From: Candidatus Babelota bacterium
Lineage (GTDB): Bacteria; Babelota; Babeliae; Babelales; Vermiphilaceae
Reading direction: 5' to 3'
DNA length: 32,000 bases
Assembly (NCBI GenBank): GCA_039809905.1
Contig: JBDHVY010000001.1
Coordinates: 630,001-662,000, forward strand
The notes under the pieces were generated by a model. It saw only the letters and a list, made by a program, of their open reading frames with translations. It was not told the DNA's origin and did not search any database. Both the position numbers and the translations under genes were made by a program. Each line of letters begins with the position of its first letter. Positions within the stretch are counted from its first letter, which is position 1. Positions 9,241 to 17,259 of the stretch are shown here, piece by piece.

Positions 9241-9837
9241 ATGAACAAAAACATGATGATTTTGGCAAGTTTAGTTATCTGCAGCGTATATGGTACTGCA
9301 GTAAGTTTTAATCAAGAATACAAAGATATTCTCTATGCTCTTGATGAACTTGATCAAGATTTTGCCTCTGTTCCCATGATCACTGAAAACATTAATATGT
9401 TTATTGGTGTAGTTCACATGAATATGCAAATGACTGAAAAAAAGTTGCTTGCTGCTACAAAAGCGAGAAATAAAGCATTGCTTTACGCTGTTGCTGCTAC
9501 AGTGGGCAACGCTGGTGTTCTTGTGGTTGTAAATATGATTGGCAATAAGATTCGCTATTCAAATACAAGCTTAGTAAGCCATGCAATGCTCAGCAATATG
9601 GATGATTTATTTAGGAGCTTAGTGCGTAGTGCAGCTTCAGCGGTAACCAGCTTTTATGCGGTAGCTAGCATTTATGATGCTTTCAAAGCTTATAACACAT
9701 TGAAAGAATCATTAGAATTAGACGCCAAAATTATGGATAAATTACAAGATTTAAGAGAATCTTTGGCATATGCTGCAGCTGATGAAAATACAGGCTCAGT
9801 TGGCGACAATTTATTAAACAGCTCCGTGCAGGGCTAA
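9241..9837 (+). CDS. Hypothetical exported protein, likely distant paralog of 8630-9214
   Basis: Start preceded by GAGGATTCTTT; signal-like MMILASLVICSVYGTAVS; same layout (acidic helical N domain, hydrophobic centre, KLDADL/ELDAKI-like C-terminal helix). Confidence 0.7.
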   Translation: MNKNMMILASLVICSVYGTAVSFNQEYKDILYALDELDQDFASVPMITENINMFIGVVHMNMQMTEKKLLAATKARNKALLYAVAATVGNAGVLVVVNMIGNKIRYSNTSLVSHAMLSNMDDLFRSLVRSAASAVTSFYAVASIYDAFKAYNTLKESLELDAKIMDKLQDLRESLAYAAADENTGSVGDNLLNSSVQG

Positions 9838-9866
9838 TTATATTGCATATTTGACAGTTTGTAAAA

Positions 9867-9941
9867 AAACTGCTATCATTCAATAAACGACAAAGAGACC
9901 TTTCTATTGTTGTGTTTTGATAGCAGTTTATTTATTTTTTT
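9867..9941 (+). terminator. Rho-independent terminator-like stem with large loop downstream of 9241-9837
   Basis: Perfect 12-bp inverted repeat aaactgctatca (9867-9878) / tgatagcagttt (9918-9929), inner caata/tattg pairing, followed by a T-rich tract. Confidence 0.65.
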
Positions 9942-9960
9942 TATTATTTGTGAGACGTAT

Positions 9961-11649
9961 ATGAGTATACAAGCATTGGGTGTTGATTCACGCATAGTGA
10001 AGGCAGTTTCTGAATTAGGTTTTACCCAACCAACAGCAATTCAGGAAAAAGCGATCCCTCTTCTTTTACAAGGAGATAGGGACCTTATAGGTTTGGCACA
10101 AACGGGTACCGGTAAAACGGCTGCGTTTGGGTTGCCATTGATTTCAGCTGTTATGGATGGTGAAACTCAGGGATTGGTCATATGCCCAACACGCGAGCTT
10201 TGTCTGCAAATAACAAAAGAACTGACAGCTTATTCAAAATATATCGATGGTTTTAATGTGGTTGCTGTTTATGGTGGTGCTGATATAAGAATGCAAATAC
10301 GTGACATTAAACGTGGCGCGAACATTATTGTTGGTACTCCTGGTAGATTAATTGATCATATCAACCGAAGAACTATAACTTTAGATCGTATTAGTCGTGT
10401 GGTTTTGGATGAAGCTGATCAAATGTTGGATATGGGTTTCCAAGAAGATATTGATGAGATTCTAAAATCTACGCCAAAAGATAAAAAAGTATGGTTGTTT
10501 TCTGCAACTATGCAACCTAAAATTGAAAAAATAGCGCATACATACATGCACAATCCACTACAAATTACTGTTGGATCACGTAATAGTGGTGCAACAAATA
10601 TTGAACATCAGTATTGTATTGTGAGAAATGCTGATGTATATAGCGCGGTAAGACGCTTTATTGATCTATATCCAGATATGTTTGGTATCGTGTTTTGCAG
10701 AACAAAGCGTGATACGCAGGAAATGAGCGCACAGCTTATCAATGCAGGATATAGCTCTGATGCTCTTCATGGTGATTTATCTCAGCCACAGCGTGATGCA
10801 GTGATGAAGAAATTTAGAGATAAAAAAATTCAAGTTTTAATAGCAACAGACGTTGCAGCTCGTGGTATCGATGTTGATGGTGTTACTCACGTATTGCATT
10901 GCAACTTACCTGACGACATTGAAAATTATACTCACCGAAGTGGTCGTACAGCTCGTGCAGGTAAATCTGGTGTTTCAATTATTATTGGTACATCATTAAG
11001 AAAAATTAAATTTATTGAACAGCAACTTGGTATTACCGTTAAGCCTATTCAGGTACCGACTGGTGACCAATTATGTCAAAAGCAATTAGATTATTTTTCA
11101 CAAAAATTAATAGAAACTCCTGTTGATGCTATTGTAAAACCATATATTGCTGCAGTACAAGAATCATTGGCAGCATTGACTAAAGAAGAAATTATTGAAC
11201 GTATGTTATCTCTCAATTGTGGTGAAATGTTGCATCATTACAAACAATCACACAATTTGAATGTATCTTCATCTTCTTATGAATCCTCATCACGTGATCG
11301 TAATGGCCGTAGTGGTCGTGATAGTCGCGATAGCAGAGGACGCAGAAGTAATGCGGATAGTTTCTCTTCAGGATCAAGAAGCCGTTATGGCAATGGTGGT
11401 GGCAGAGATGAAGCGCGATTATTTATCAACGTGGGTAAAATTGACCGCATGAATAAAGAAAGCTTAATTCATTTTATTGCAACATCAGCATCAGTTGATG
11501 GATCATGCGTCAGCCGTATTTCTATGCAAAATACTCGTTCATTCTTTACAGTAGAAGATAGCAGAAAAGCTCAAGCAATTGTGCGATCTTTAAAAGATTC
11601 TATGTTGGGAAACAGAAGAATTCAGATTGAGTTTGAACCAAATAACTAA
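9961..11649 (+). CDS. deaD: DEAD-box ATP-dependent RNA helicase with RGG/Ser-rich linker and DbpA-like RNA-binding C terminus
   Basis: Q-motif GFTQPTAIQEKAIP, AQTGTGKT, PTRELCLQ, GTPGRLID, DEAD, SATM, VATDVAARGIDV, HRSGRTARAG; C-terminal LFINVGKIDRMNKESLIHFIA... like the DbpA RNA-binding domain. Start set to ATG 9961 because 9907 lies inside the upstream terminator. Confidence 0.94.
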   Translation: MSIQALGVDSRIVKAVSELGFTQPTAIQEKAIPLLLQGDRDLIGLAQTGTGKTAAFGLPLISAVMDGETQGLVICPTRELCLQITKELTAYSKYIDGFNVVAVYGGADIRMQIRDIKRGANIIVGTPGRLIDHINRRTITLDRISRVVLDEADQMLDMGFQEDIDEILKSTPKDKKVWLFSATMQPKIEKIAHTYMHNPLQITVGSRNSGATNIEHQYCIVRNADVYSAVRRFIDLYPDMFGIVFCRTKRDTQEMSAQLINAGYSSDALHGDLSQPQRDAVMKKFRDKKIQVLIATDVAARGIDVDGVTHVLHCNLPDDIENYTHRSGRTARAGKSGVSIIIGTSLRKIKFIEQQLGITVKPIQVPTGDQLCQKQLDYFSQKLIETPVDAIVKPYIAAVQESLAALTKEEIIERMLSLNCGEMLHHYKQSHNLNVSSSSYESSSRDRNGRSGRDSRDSRGRRSNADSFSSGSRSRYGNGGGRDEARLFINVGKIDRMNKESLIHFIATSASVDGSCVSRISMQNTRSFFTVEDSRKAQAIVRSLKDSMLGNRRIQIEFEPNN

Positions 11650-11679
11650 AATTATTCTTAAATAATTAGATGGCAGTAA

Positions 11680-11713
11680 AAAAGAGACATGAATTTTTTC
11701 ATGTCTCTTTTTA
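11680..11713 (+). terminator. Rho-independent terminator downstream of deaD
   Basis: Perfect 13-bp stem aaaagagacatga (11680-11692) / tcatgtctctttt (11699-11711), 6-nt loop, T-rich 3' end. Confidence 0.88.
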
Positions 11714-11821
11714 TTATCTATAAATTAATGTTTTTGTCAGTTACTTATAAAATAAAACGTTTTTGTTATACTATCAAAGAATAGTTTATAAATAAATTGC
11801 GAAAAACATAAGTGGTAAACC

Positions 11822-12679
11822 ATGAATATTAAAAAATTAGTTAGTATTACATTCTTGATTTCAGCAATACATATTCATGTTAATGCGATGACAGAACGTC
11901 AGGCTGATGCTCTTTCCATATTAACGTTAGTTGGGACGGGTTGTGTGTTCAAAGATACTGATCCATATATTCTGGGCTCGGCAGCAATGACTATGGCACT
12001 TATTAGCCATTGTTGTTTAGCGTCCTTTAGGCCTTCTGGTAAATTGTATGACGCAGCAAATTTATTGAATGGCGAAGGAAAAAGTGAATTAACGGAAACT
12101 TTTCTTGATACATATGAAAAATTTAGAGAAAGTGATACAACGAGCGAACAGCTTGAAAGATGGATTACTCGGCTTTACCCAAGTATTCCTGATAAAAACC
12201 CCTATCCTTTTGTAACGGCTATGCTTAGTCTTGATGCTTATAGTCCTAATGTGCTTAAGGCGCAAAAACTCATTCAATCGGTGCCAAATTTGATTAATAG
12301 TAAACAAGAACCTAATTTATGGAAAGAATATGATTATTTACAAAATAAAGCGGCAACAATTTGGAGTAATATTGGAGAAGCTCGTTCGATAATTTCTAAT
12401 ATGGAACAATACAAACAGCAGCTAGAGCTTTATCGACAATTTAAAGAAAAATCTGAAGAGCTTGCCTTACAGCGTAAGAATTTGGAGTTAGAAGAAAAAA
12501 GGGTATGTTTAGAAAAACAAGCTGCTGATATTAAAGCGCAAAAAGCAAAAGCTACATCTGCACAAGCGAGTGCTCTAAATAATATTTTCCGTTTAAAACT
12601 TGCTAAATGGTTGTTTACAAAATCAAATATTGCTTATTTTTCTATATTTTTGCTGTGTGGATATGTTTTAACGCAATAG
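11822..12679 (+). CDS. Hypothetical exported coiled-coil protein, paralog of 13531-14262
   Basis: Signal-like MNIKKLVSITFLISAIHIHVNAM; FRPSGKLYDAANLLNG; C-terminal coiled coil NMEQYKQQLELYRQFKEKSEELALQRKNLELEEKR; terminal TM. Confidence 0.72.
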   Translation: MNIKKLVSITFLISAIHIHVNAMTERQADALSILTLVGTGCVFKDTDPYILGSAAMTMALISHCCLASFRPSGKLYDAANLLNGEGKSELTETFLDTYEKFRESDTTSEQLERWITRLYPSIPDKNPYPFVTAMLSLDAYSPNVLKAQKLIQSVPNLINSKQEPNLWKEYDYLQNKAATIWSNIGEARSIISNMEQYKQQLELYRQFKEKSEELALQRKNLELEEKRVCLEKQAADIKAQKAKATSAQASALNNIFRLKLAKWLFTKSNIAYFSIFLLCGYVLTQ

Positions 12680-12704
12680 ATTCGCAACAAAATCAAGGAT
12701 AATC

Positions 12705-13502
12705 ATCGATACTTTTAAAGAGTTTATTTGGAATTTTTATTATCAGCATAAAAGAGATTTTGCCTGGCGCAATATTGATAATCCTTATTACATTGTTGTT
12801 TCAGAAATTATGTTGCAGCAAACGCAGACACATCGTGTTATTGCAAAATATGAAGAATTTATTGGAGCATTTTCCAATTTTGAGACTTTAGCCCATTCAT
12901 CATTGCAAGATGTGCTTTCTGTATGGCAAGGTCTAGGATATTATCGACGTGCACGATTTTTACATCAATTAGCGCAAAAAATAGTGAACGAATATAACGG
13001 CATTTTACCTTCAGATCCGAAAATATTACAAACATTGCCGGGTATTGGTCCAAATACTGCGGGATCAATTTGTGCATTTGCCTTCAATCAACCGGTGATA
13101 TTTATAGAAACAAATATTAGAGCCGTATTTATTGATAGCTTTTTTAAAAATAAAGATGTAGTCAGTGATAAGGAATTATTGCCATTGATTGCGGCAGCAT
13201 TGGATCAGAATAATCCTCGAGAATGGTATTATGCTCTGATGGATTATGGTGTATTTTTAAAATCTCATAAAAAAAATCCAAGCCGAAAAAGTGCTCATTA
13301 TACAAAACAATCAAAATTTGAGGGTTCTGATAGGCAAATACGGGCAAAGATTTTGAAATATATTGTGAAGAAAGGTTCTGTTTCTTATCAGGATATAACT
13401 TTGCATATTGCAAAAGATGTTGATAGAGTTCAAAAAATTATAGAGCAATTACTGAATGAAGGCTTCATTAAAATAGTTGATGATCTTTACGTGATTACAT
13501 AA
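12705..13502 (+). CDS. mutY: MutY-like adenine glycosylase (HhH-GPD), lacking the Cys-rich Fe-S loop; likely non-AUG/GUG/UUG start
   Basis: HKRDFAWRNIDNPYYIVVSEIMLQQTQTHRVIAKYEEF...VWQGLGYYRRARFLHQLA...LPGIGPNTAGSICAFAF...FIETNIRAVF. The track ORF starts at 12810, but the conserved N terminus is encoded upstream in the same frame. Confidence 0.87.
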   Translation: MDTFKEFIWNFYYQHKRDFAWRNIDNPYYIVVSEIMLQQTQTHRVIAKYEEFIGAFSNFETLAHSSLQDVLSVWQGLGYYRRARFLHQLAQKIVNEYNGILPSDPKILQTLPGIGPNTAGSICAFAFNQPVIFIETNIRAVFIDSFFKNKDVVSDKELLPLIAAALDQNNPREWYYALMDYGVFLKSHKKNPSRKSAHYTKQSKFEGSDRQIRAKILKYIVKKGSVSYQDITLHIAKDVDRVQKIIEQLLNEGFIKIVDDLYVIT

Positions 13503-13530
13503 AAACTAAATTATCTAAAGAATTTTAAGG

Positions 13531-14262
13531 ATGATAAAAATGTTGAAAAATATAAAAACATTTTCTTTATTGATTGTTTTAGCCAATTGTTTTCCTATCC
13601 ATGCTATACAAAATTCAACGGCAAATATAGGTACAGCATTGGTCGCTTCCTTTTGTGTTGGAAGTAGTTATATGGTAACCAGAAAAGGATTTCCTTATAA
13701 AATGCCACCATTGTCCATGGTAGGAGCATCAATTATAACAACTGCAGCAGCATACCATCTTTTTCATCGATTAACGCCTTTAGGAAGAATTAAGCGAGCT
13801 AATATATTATTGGCAGAAGTTGCGCGCCATACATTAGCAAATACAATCTTTGAAGATGAGAACCTATTTTTTGATACGGTTCAAGATGTTTACTTAACTA
13901 ATGATTTACCGCTGATCAGTGCGTATAACCATCTTATTTCATTAGTACCTGTTGTTCATCATATACTAAGTCTTATTAATAAAGCCTCTGCTCAAATACA
14001 CCAAGATGCTTTATTACAGGAAGAATGTGATGCTTCATTATCGCGTGCAAATAAAATTTTTAAAAATATATCCGATGCAATTAAACGTATTCGTGAACAT
14101 AAAAATTATTTACCGCAATTGACACTTTATAAAGAAAGTTTAACCCAAGAAAAGCAGACAATTGCACAGGAACAAATGGCTCTTGCTCAGCTACAAATGG
14201 CCAATGCGCAACAAAGTAATACGTTGTTAAATTGGTTGAAAGCATTATTTGGAAGAAAATAA
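13531..14262 (+). CDS. Hypothetical exported coiled-coil protein, paralog of 11822-12679
   Basis: Likely start MLKNIKTF at 13540; signal-like LLIVLANCFPIHA; LTPLGRIKRANILLAE; C-terminal HKNYLPQLTLYKESLTQEKQTIAQEQMALAQLQ. SD TTTAAGGATG upstream. Confidence 0.72.
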   Translation: MIKMLKNIKTFSLLIVLANCFPIHAIQNSTANIGTALVASFCVGSSYMVTRKGFPYKMPPLSMVGASIITTAAAYHLFHRLTPLGRIKRANILLAEVARHTLANTIFEDENLFFDTVQDVYLTNDLPLISAYNHLISLVPVVHHILSLINKASAQIHQDALLQEECDASLSRANKIFKNISDAIKRIREHKNYLPQLTLYKESLTQEKQTIAQEQMALAQLQMANAQQSNTLLNWLKALFGRK

Positions 14263-14272
14263 TAACAATTTT

Positions 14273-14301
14273 GCAGAGAGGTTTTACCTCTCTGCTTTTT
14301 T
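14273..14301 (+). terminator. Rho-independent terminator downstream of 13531-14262
   Basis: gcagagagg (14273-14281) / cctctctgc (14287-14295), 5-nt loop, followed by six T. Confidence 0.88.
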
Positions 14302-14303
14302 AT

Positions 14304-14564
14304 TTATAATCTTGCTCGAATGTCTGTCCGAGTTGATGACGTGTCTGTAACGAGAGTATTGCTGTTTTGATTTCCTTCTTCTTTTTTTTCATGTGAAGAA
14401 AGATGCTTTCCACCTAAAGCTCTTACCATTTGTTCATACTTTTTCGCATCATCTTCCCATTGCTTTTTTTGTTCTGGTGTAGGATTGCTTGGTTTTTGTG
14501 CTGTAGTTATATAATTGGTTGCTACAAATAAACTTAATATTGTTGCATAGGTAATATGTTTCAT
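14304..14564 (-). CDS. Small hypothetical exported protein
   Basis: Signal-like MKHITYATILSLFVATNYITTAQ followed by a hydrophilic charged domain. Confidence 0.5.
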   Translation of the reverse strand: MKHITYATILSLFVATNYITTAQKPSNPTPEQKKQWEDDAKKYEQMVRALGGKHLSSHEKKEEGNQNSNTLVTDTSSTRTDIRARL

Positions 14565-14580
14565 TCATTCTCCTCAATTA

Positions 14581-15969
14581 TTATTGTTTGTGAGAGTTTT
14601 TCTTCAATTCTTGTCTGATTAATTGTGCAAATTTATTACTGTGTTCAACAATAGGGCGGGGATAGGTTTTGATGTCAGGACTATTTTCTTTAAACCATGT
14701 GTGTATAGTTTTGTTTTCATAAGATTCCAGTTCGGGAATCCATTTTTTTATGTAGATGCATTCAGGATCATATTTTTTTTGTTGTAACCAAGGGTTAAAA
14801 ATCCTAAAATAAGGCTGTGCATCGCAACCAGTTGAAGCGCACCACTGCCAATTGCCATTATTAAGGGCTGGATCATAATCAATGAGTTTTTGTGCAAAAT
14901 ATTTTTCTCCCCATTGCCAATCAATATATAAATCTTTAACTAAAAAAGATGCAACAATCATGCGTACACGATTGTGCATAAAGCCAGTGGTATTGAGTTG
15001 GCGCATGCCTGCATCAATTATAGGAAAACCGGTTTTGCCTTGGCACCACAAGGTAAATAATTTTTTATCATTATTCCATGTTAGTGAATCATATTTTTTT
15101 TGGTACGCATGCCCAAAAACTTTTGGCATATGAAACGCAATATGAGTGAAAAAATCACGCCAATAAAATTGTCGTATTAATGGGTGATTCTTGCTAAGTT
15201 TTTCAATGACAGCGTCATAAGCTTGGCGTATGGAAATAGTGCCAAATTTAAGATGAGCAGAAAGCAGAGATGTTTGTATACTTGGGTAATTGTGATCATG
15301 ATTATAATTTTTTAGTGTGATCAATTGTGTCAGTAACTTGAGTGCATAATGAGTTCCCCCATGACTAGCAATTTGGTCATTAAAAGTGTGTAATATTTTT
15401 TTAAATTCTGTAGTGTTGAGGGTGTATTTTATATTTCCCGAAAACCAATGACCTTTGTATAGTTTTTGTGGTTGCAGAACTGGCAATTGTATCGCTTTTT
15501 TATAAAATGCGGTAAAAATAGAATAATGGGTACCATCTTTTTTGAGTATTGCTTCAGGTTCATTAAGAAGGGCATCAGCACTTTGTTCACATACAATATT
15601 CTGTGTTTTGCAAATATGAGCAATTGCCGCATCACGTTTTTTGCTAAATGGCGTGTAATCTCGATTAAAAAAAACAGCATCAATAGTATGTGATGAAAGC
15701 AATTTTTCAACAATTTCTTCTGATTTACCGTAAAAAAGATAGAGGCGGGTTTTATGCTTCTGTAATTCTTTATCCAAATCAGCAAGAGATTCTAGCATAA
15801 ATTGGATAGCATTATCACTTTTATACATATTATTATCCTCAATTTGGCGAGGATCAAAAATAAAACAGGGAATAACCTGTTCTGATTGTTTAAGAGCATT
15901 ATTAAGGCCGATATTATCAATAAGACGTAAATCACGTCTAAAGATGAATAGAGATGTTGAAAGCTTCAT
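14581..15969 (-). CDS. phrB: Deoxyribodipyrimidine photolyase (cryptochrome/photolyase family, class I-like)
   Basis: LFIFRRDLRLIDNIGLNNALK...VIPCFIFDPRQ; FAD domain RQFYWRDFFTHIAFHMP; W...GKTGFPIIDAGMRQLNTTGFMHNRVRMIVASFLVKDLYIDWQWGEKYFAQKLIDYDPALNNGNWQWCASTGCDAQPYFRIFNP. Confidence 0.96.
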   Translation of the reverse strand: MKLSTSLFIFRRDLRLIDNIGLNNALKQSEQVIPCFIFDPRQIEDNNMYKSDNAIQFMLESLADLDKELQKHKTRLYLFYGKSEEIVEKLLSSHTIDAVFFNRDYTPFSKKRDAAIAHICKTQNIVCEQSADALLNEPEAILKKDGTHYSIFTAFYKKAIQLPVLQPQKLYKGHWFSGNIKYTLNTTEFKKILHTFNDQIASHGGTHYALKLLTQLITLKNYNHDHNYPSIQTSLLSAHLKFGTISIRQAYDAVIEKLSKNHPLIRQFYWRDFFTHIAFHMPKVFGHAYQKKYDSLTWNNDKKLFTLWCQGKTGFPIIDAGMRQLNTTGFMHNRVRMIVASFLVKDLYIDWQWGEKYFAQKLIDYDPALNNGNWQWCASTGCDAQPYFRIFNPWLQQKKYDPECIYIKKWIPELESYENKTIHTWFKENSPDIKTYPRPIVEHSNKFAQLIRQELKKNSHKQ

Positions 15970-16061
15970 TATTATTTTTATTTATTAAAGAGGTTTATTT
16001 TTTCATGAGCTTATCGAGTATCAAAATATAAGTACAATTAAATTTTGTTATCATAGGTTTT

Positions 16062-17186
16062 TTAGTTGGGGAAATTTTTGGTAGTTGCGCCATTCTCTAT
16101 CAACAATTGCATCAGTTGTTCATTTCCTTGTTGGGCTGCAATTAGTAGACTTTGGTCTAGTTCAGATTGGCTTGCTTTGCCGCTTTCTAGAATAGCATCG
16201 ATTGCTTCTTGATATTGTAATTTTACAGCAGTCTCCAGATGAGTAGTTCCTGGATTGTAGAAAAGAAGCAGACGAATCATTTCGATGTTTTTTCGTTTTA
16301 TTGATAATACGAGGGGTCTATTGTCTTCTTTTAGTATATCTTGGCGGGCTCCTTTTTTCATGAGAAGTATTGCAAGAGCTTTATCGCGGGAACGAACTGC
16401 ATTAGAGAAACTTTGATCCAATTCAGATTGACTTGCTTTGCCGCTTTGTAGAATAGCACTGATTGCTTCCTTAAATTGGAGATTCACTGCAGTTTCAAGA
16501 TATGTGGGACCTGAATTATAGGCAAGAAGGATATTAACCATTTTGATGTCTTTGCCTTTTATTGCTAATAATAAAGGCCTTCTGTCTTGTTTGATTGTAT
16601 CTAATTGAGCACCGTTTTTAAGTAAAAAATTTATTTTTTCATATGCTTCAGCTTTTTTAGTAAGCAATGCTGATAAAAGTATAGGACGATACTTTTCTCT
16701 GCGAGAATAAAAATTAACATCCGCCCCATGTTCTATAAGATCAGCAATAGTGCTTATAGATAATGTGTGAATGTTTTTGTGAAGATAGATAGAAGTCGAA
16801 ACATATCTTTTGAGAAAAGGAAGATTCATTGAATCTAATACGATTGATCTATACAAAATATCTTCTGTCACCGGTAGCCATTCATTTAAAAAAGCAACCG
16901 TGTTTTTGGGCAATGTTATTGCACGATGCCAATCTTTATTGAGAGATATCATCGCTCCGATAGCTTTTTCTTTTTTTTTTATTGGTTCATTGCCAATTTT
17001 CAACCAATTAATAAATTGATCTTTTAATATATCATTGGGAAGAAAAGGTTGTTGATCAATGTTGACTAAAATTCGGTGTTTTTTTGTGTGCGTATTGATA
17101 TTAAGATCGCGCAAACGCTTCATAGATTTAATATTACTGGAGATTGTTATAGATATAAAGGCTATAAATAAAGTTATTTTATTCAT
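16062..17186 (-). CDS. Exported ankyrin-repeat protein with internal 87-aa duplication
   Basis: Signal-like MNKITLFIAFISITISSNIKSM; ankyrin units TIADLIEHGADVNFYSRREKYRPILLSALL, INFLLKNGAQLDTIKQDRRPLLLAIKG, LLMKKGARQDILKEDNRPLVLSIKR, LMQLLIENGA. Confidence 0.85.
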   Translation of the reverse strand: MNKITLFIAFISITISSNIKSMKRLRDLNINTHTKKHRILVNIDQQPFLPNDILKDQFINWLKIGNEPIKKKEKAIGAMISLNKDWHRAITLPKNTVAFLNEWLPVTEDILYRSIVLDSMNLPFLKRYVSTSIYLHKNIHTLSISTIADLIEHGADVNFYSRREKYRPILLSALLTKKAEAYEKINFLLKNGAQLDTIKQDRRPLLLAIKGKDIKMVNILLAYNSGPTYLETAVNLQFKEAISAILQSGKASQSELDQSFSNAVRSRDKALAILLMKKGARQDILKEDNRPLVLSIKRKNIEMIRLLLFYNPGTTHLETAVKLQYQEAIDAILESGKASQSELDQSLLIAAQQGNEQLMQLLIENGATTKNFPN

Positions 17187-17214
17187 GAAATTTATTTCAT
17201 TTAGATTGTTTATA

Positions 17215-17247
17215 CAAAAAAACTCCGTAGCCTACAAGCTACGGAGT
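17215..17247 (-). terminator. Rho-independent terminator; lies beyond the gatB stop on the minus strand
   Basis: actccgtagc (17222-17231) / gctacggagt (17238-17247), followed on the minus strand by a run of 7 T (17222-17216). Confidence 0.88.
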
Positions 17248-17259
17248 AGAGTATTACTT

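Noticed and set aside
9907-9960. N-terminal extension of the helicase ORF (MLCFDSSLFIFFIICETY)
   Set aside because: It lies inside the upstream terminator stem/T-tract; the Q-motif-containing protein starts naturally at ATG 9961.
11261-11452. 63-aa ORF in an alternative frame within deaD
   Set aside because: Overlaps the low-complexity linker of a clear helicase gene; Val/Met-rich translation is a frame-shifted artefact.
12859-13077. 72-aa minus-strand ORF inside mutY
   Set aside because: Antisense to conserved glycosylase sequence; no own motif.
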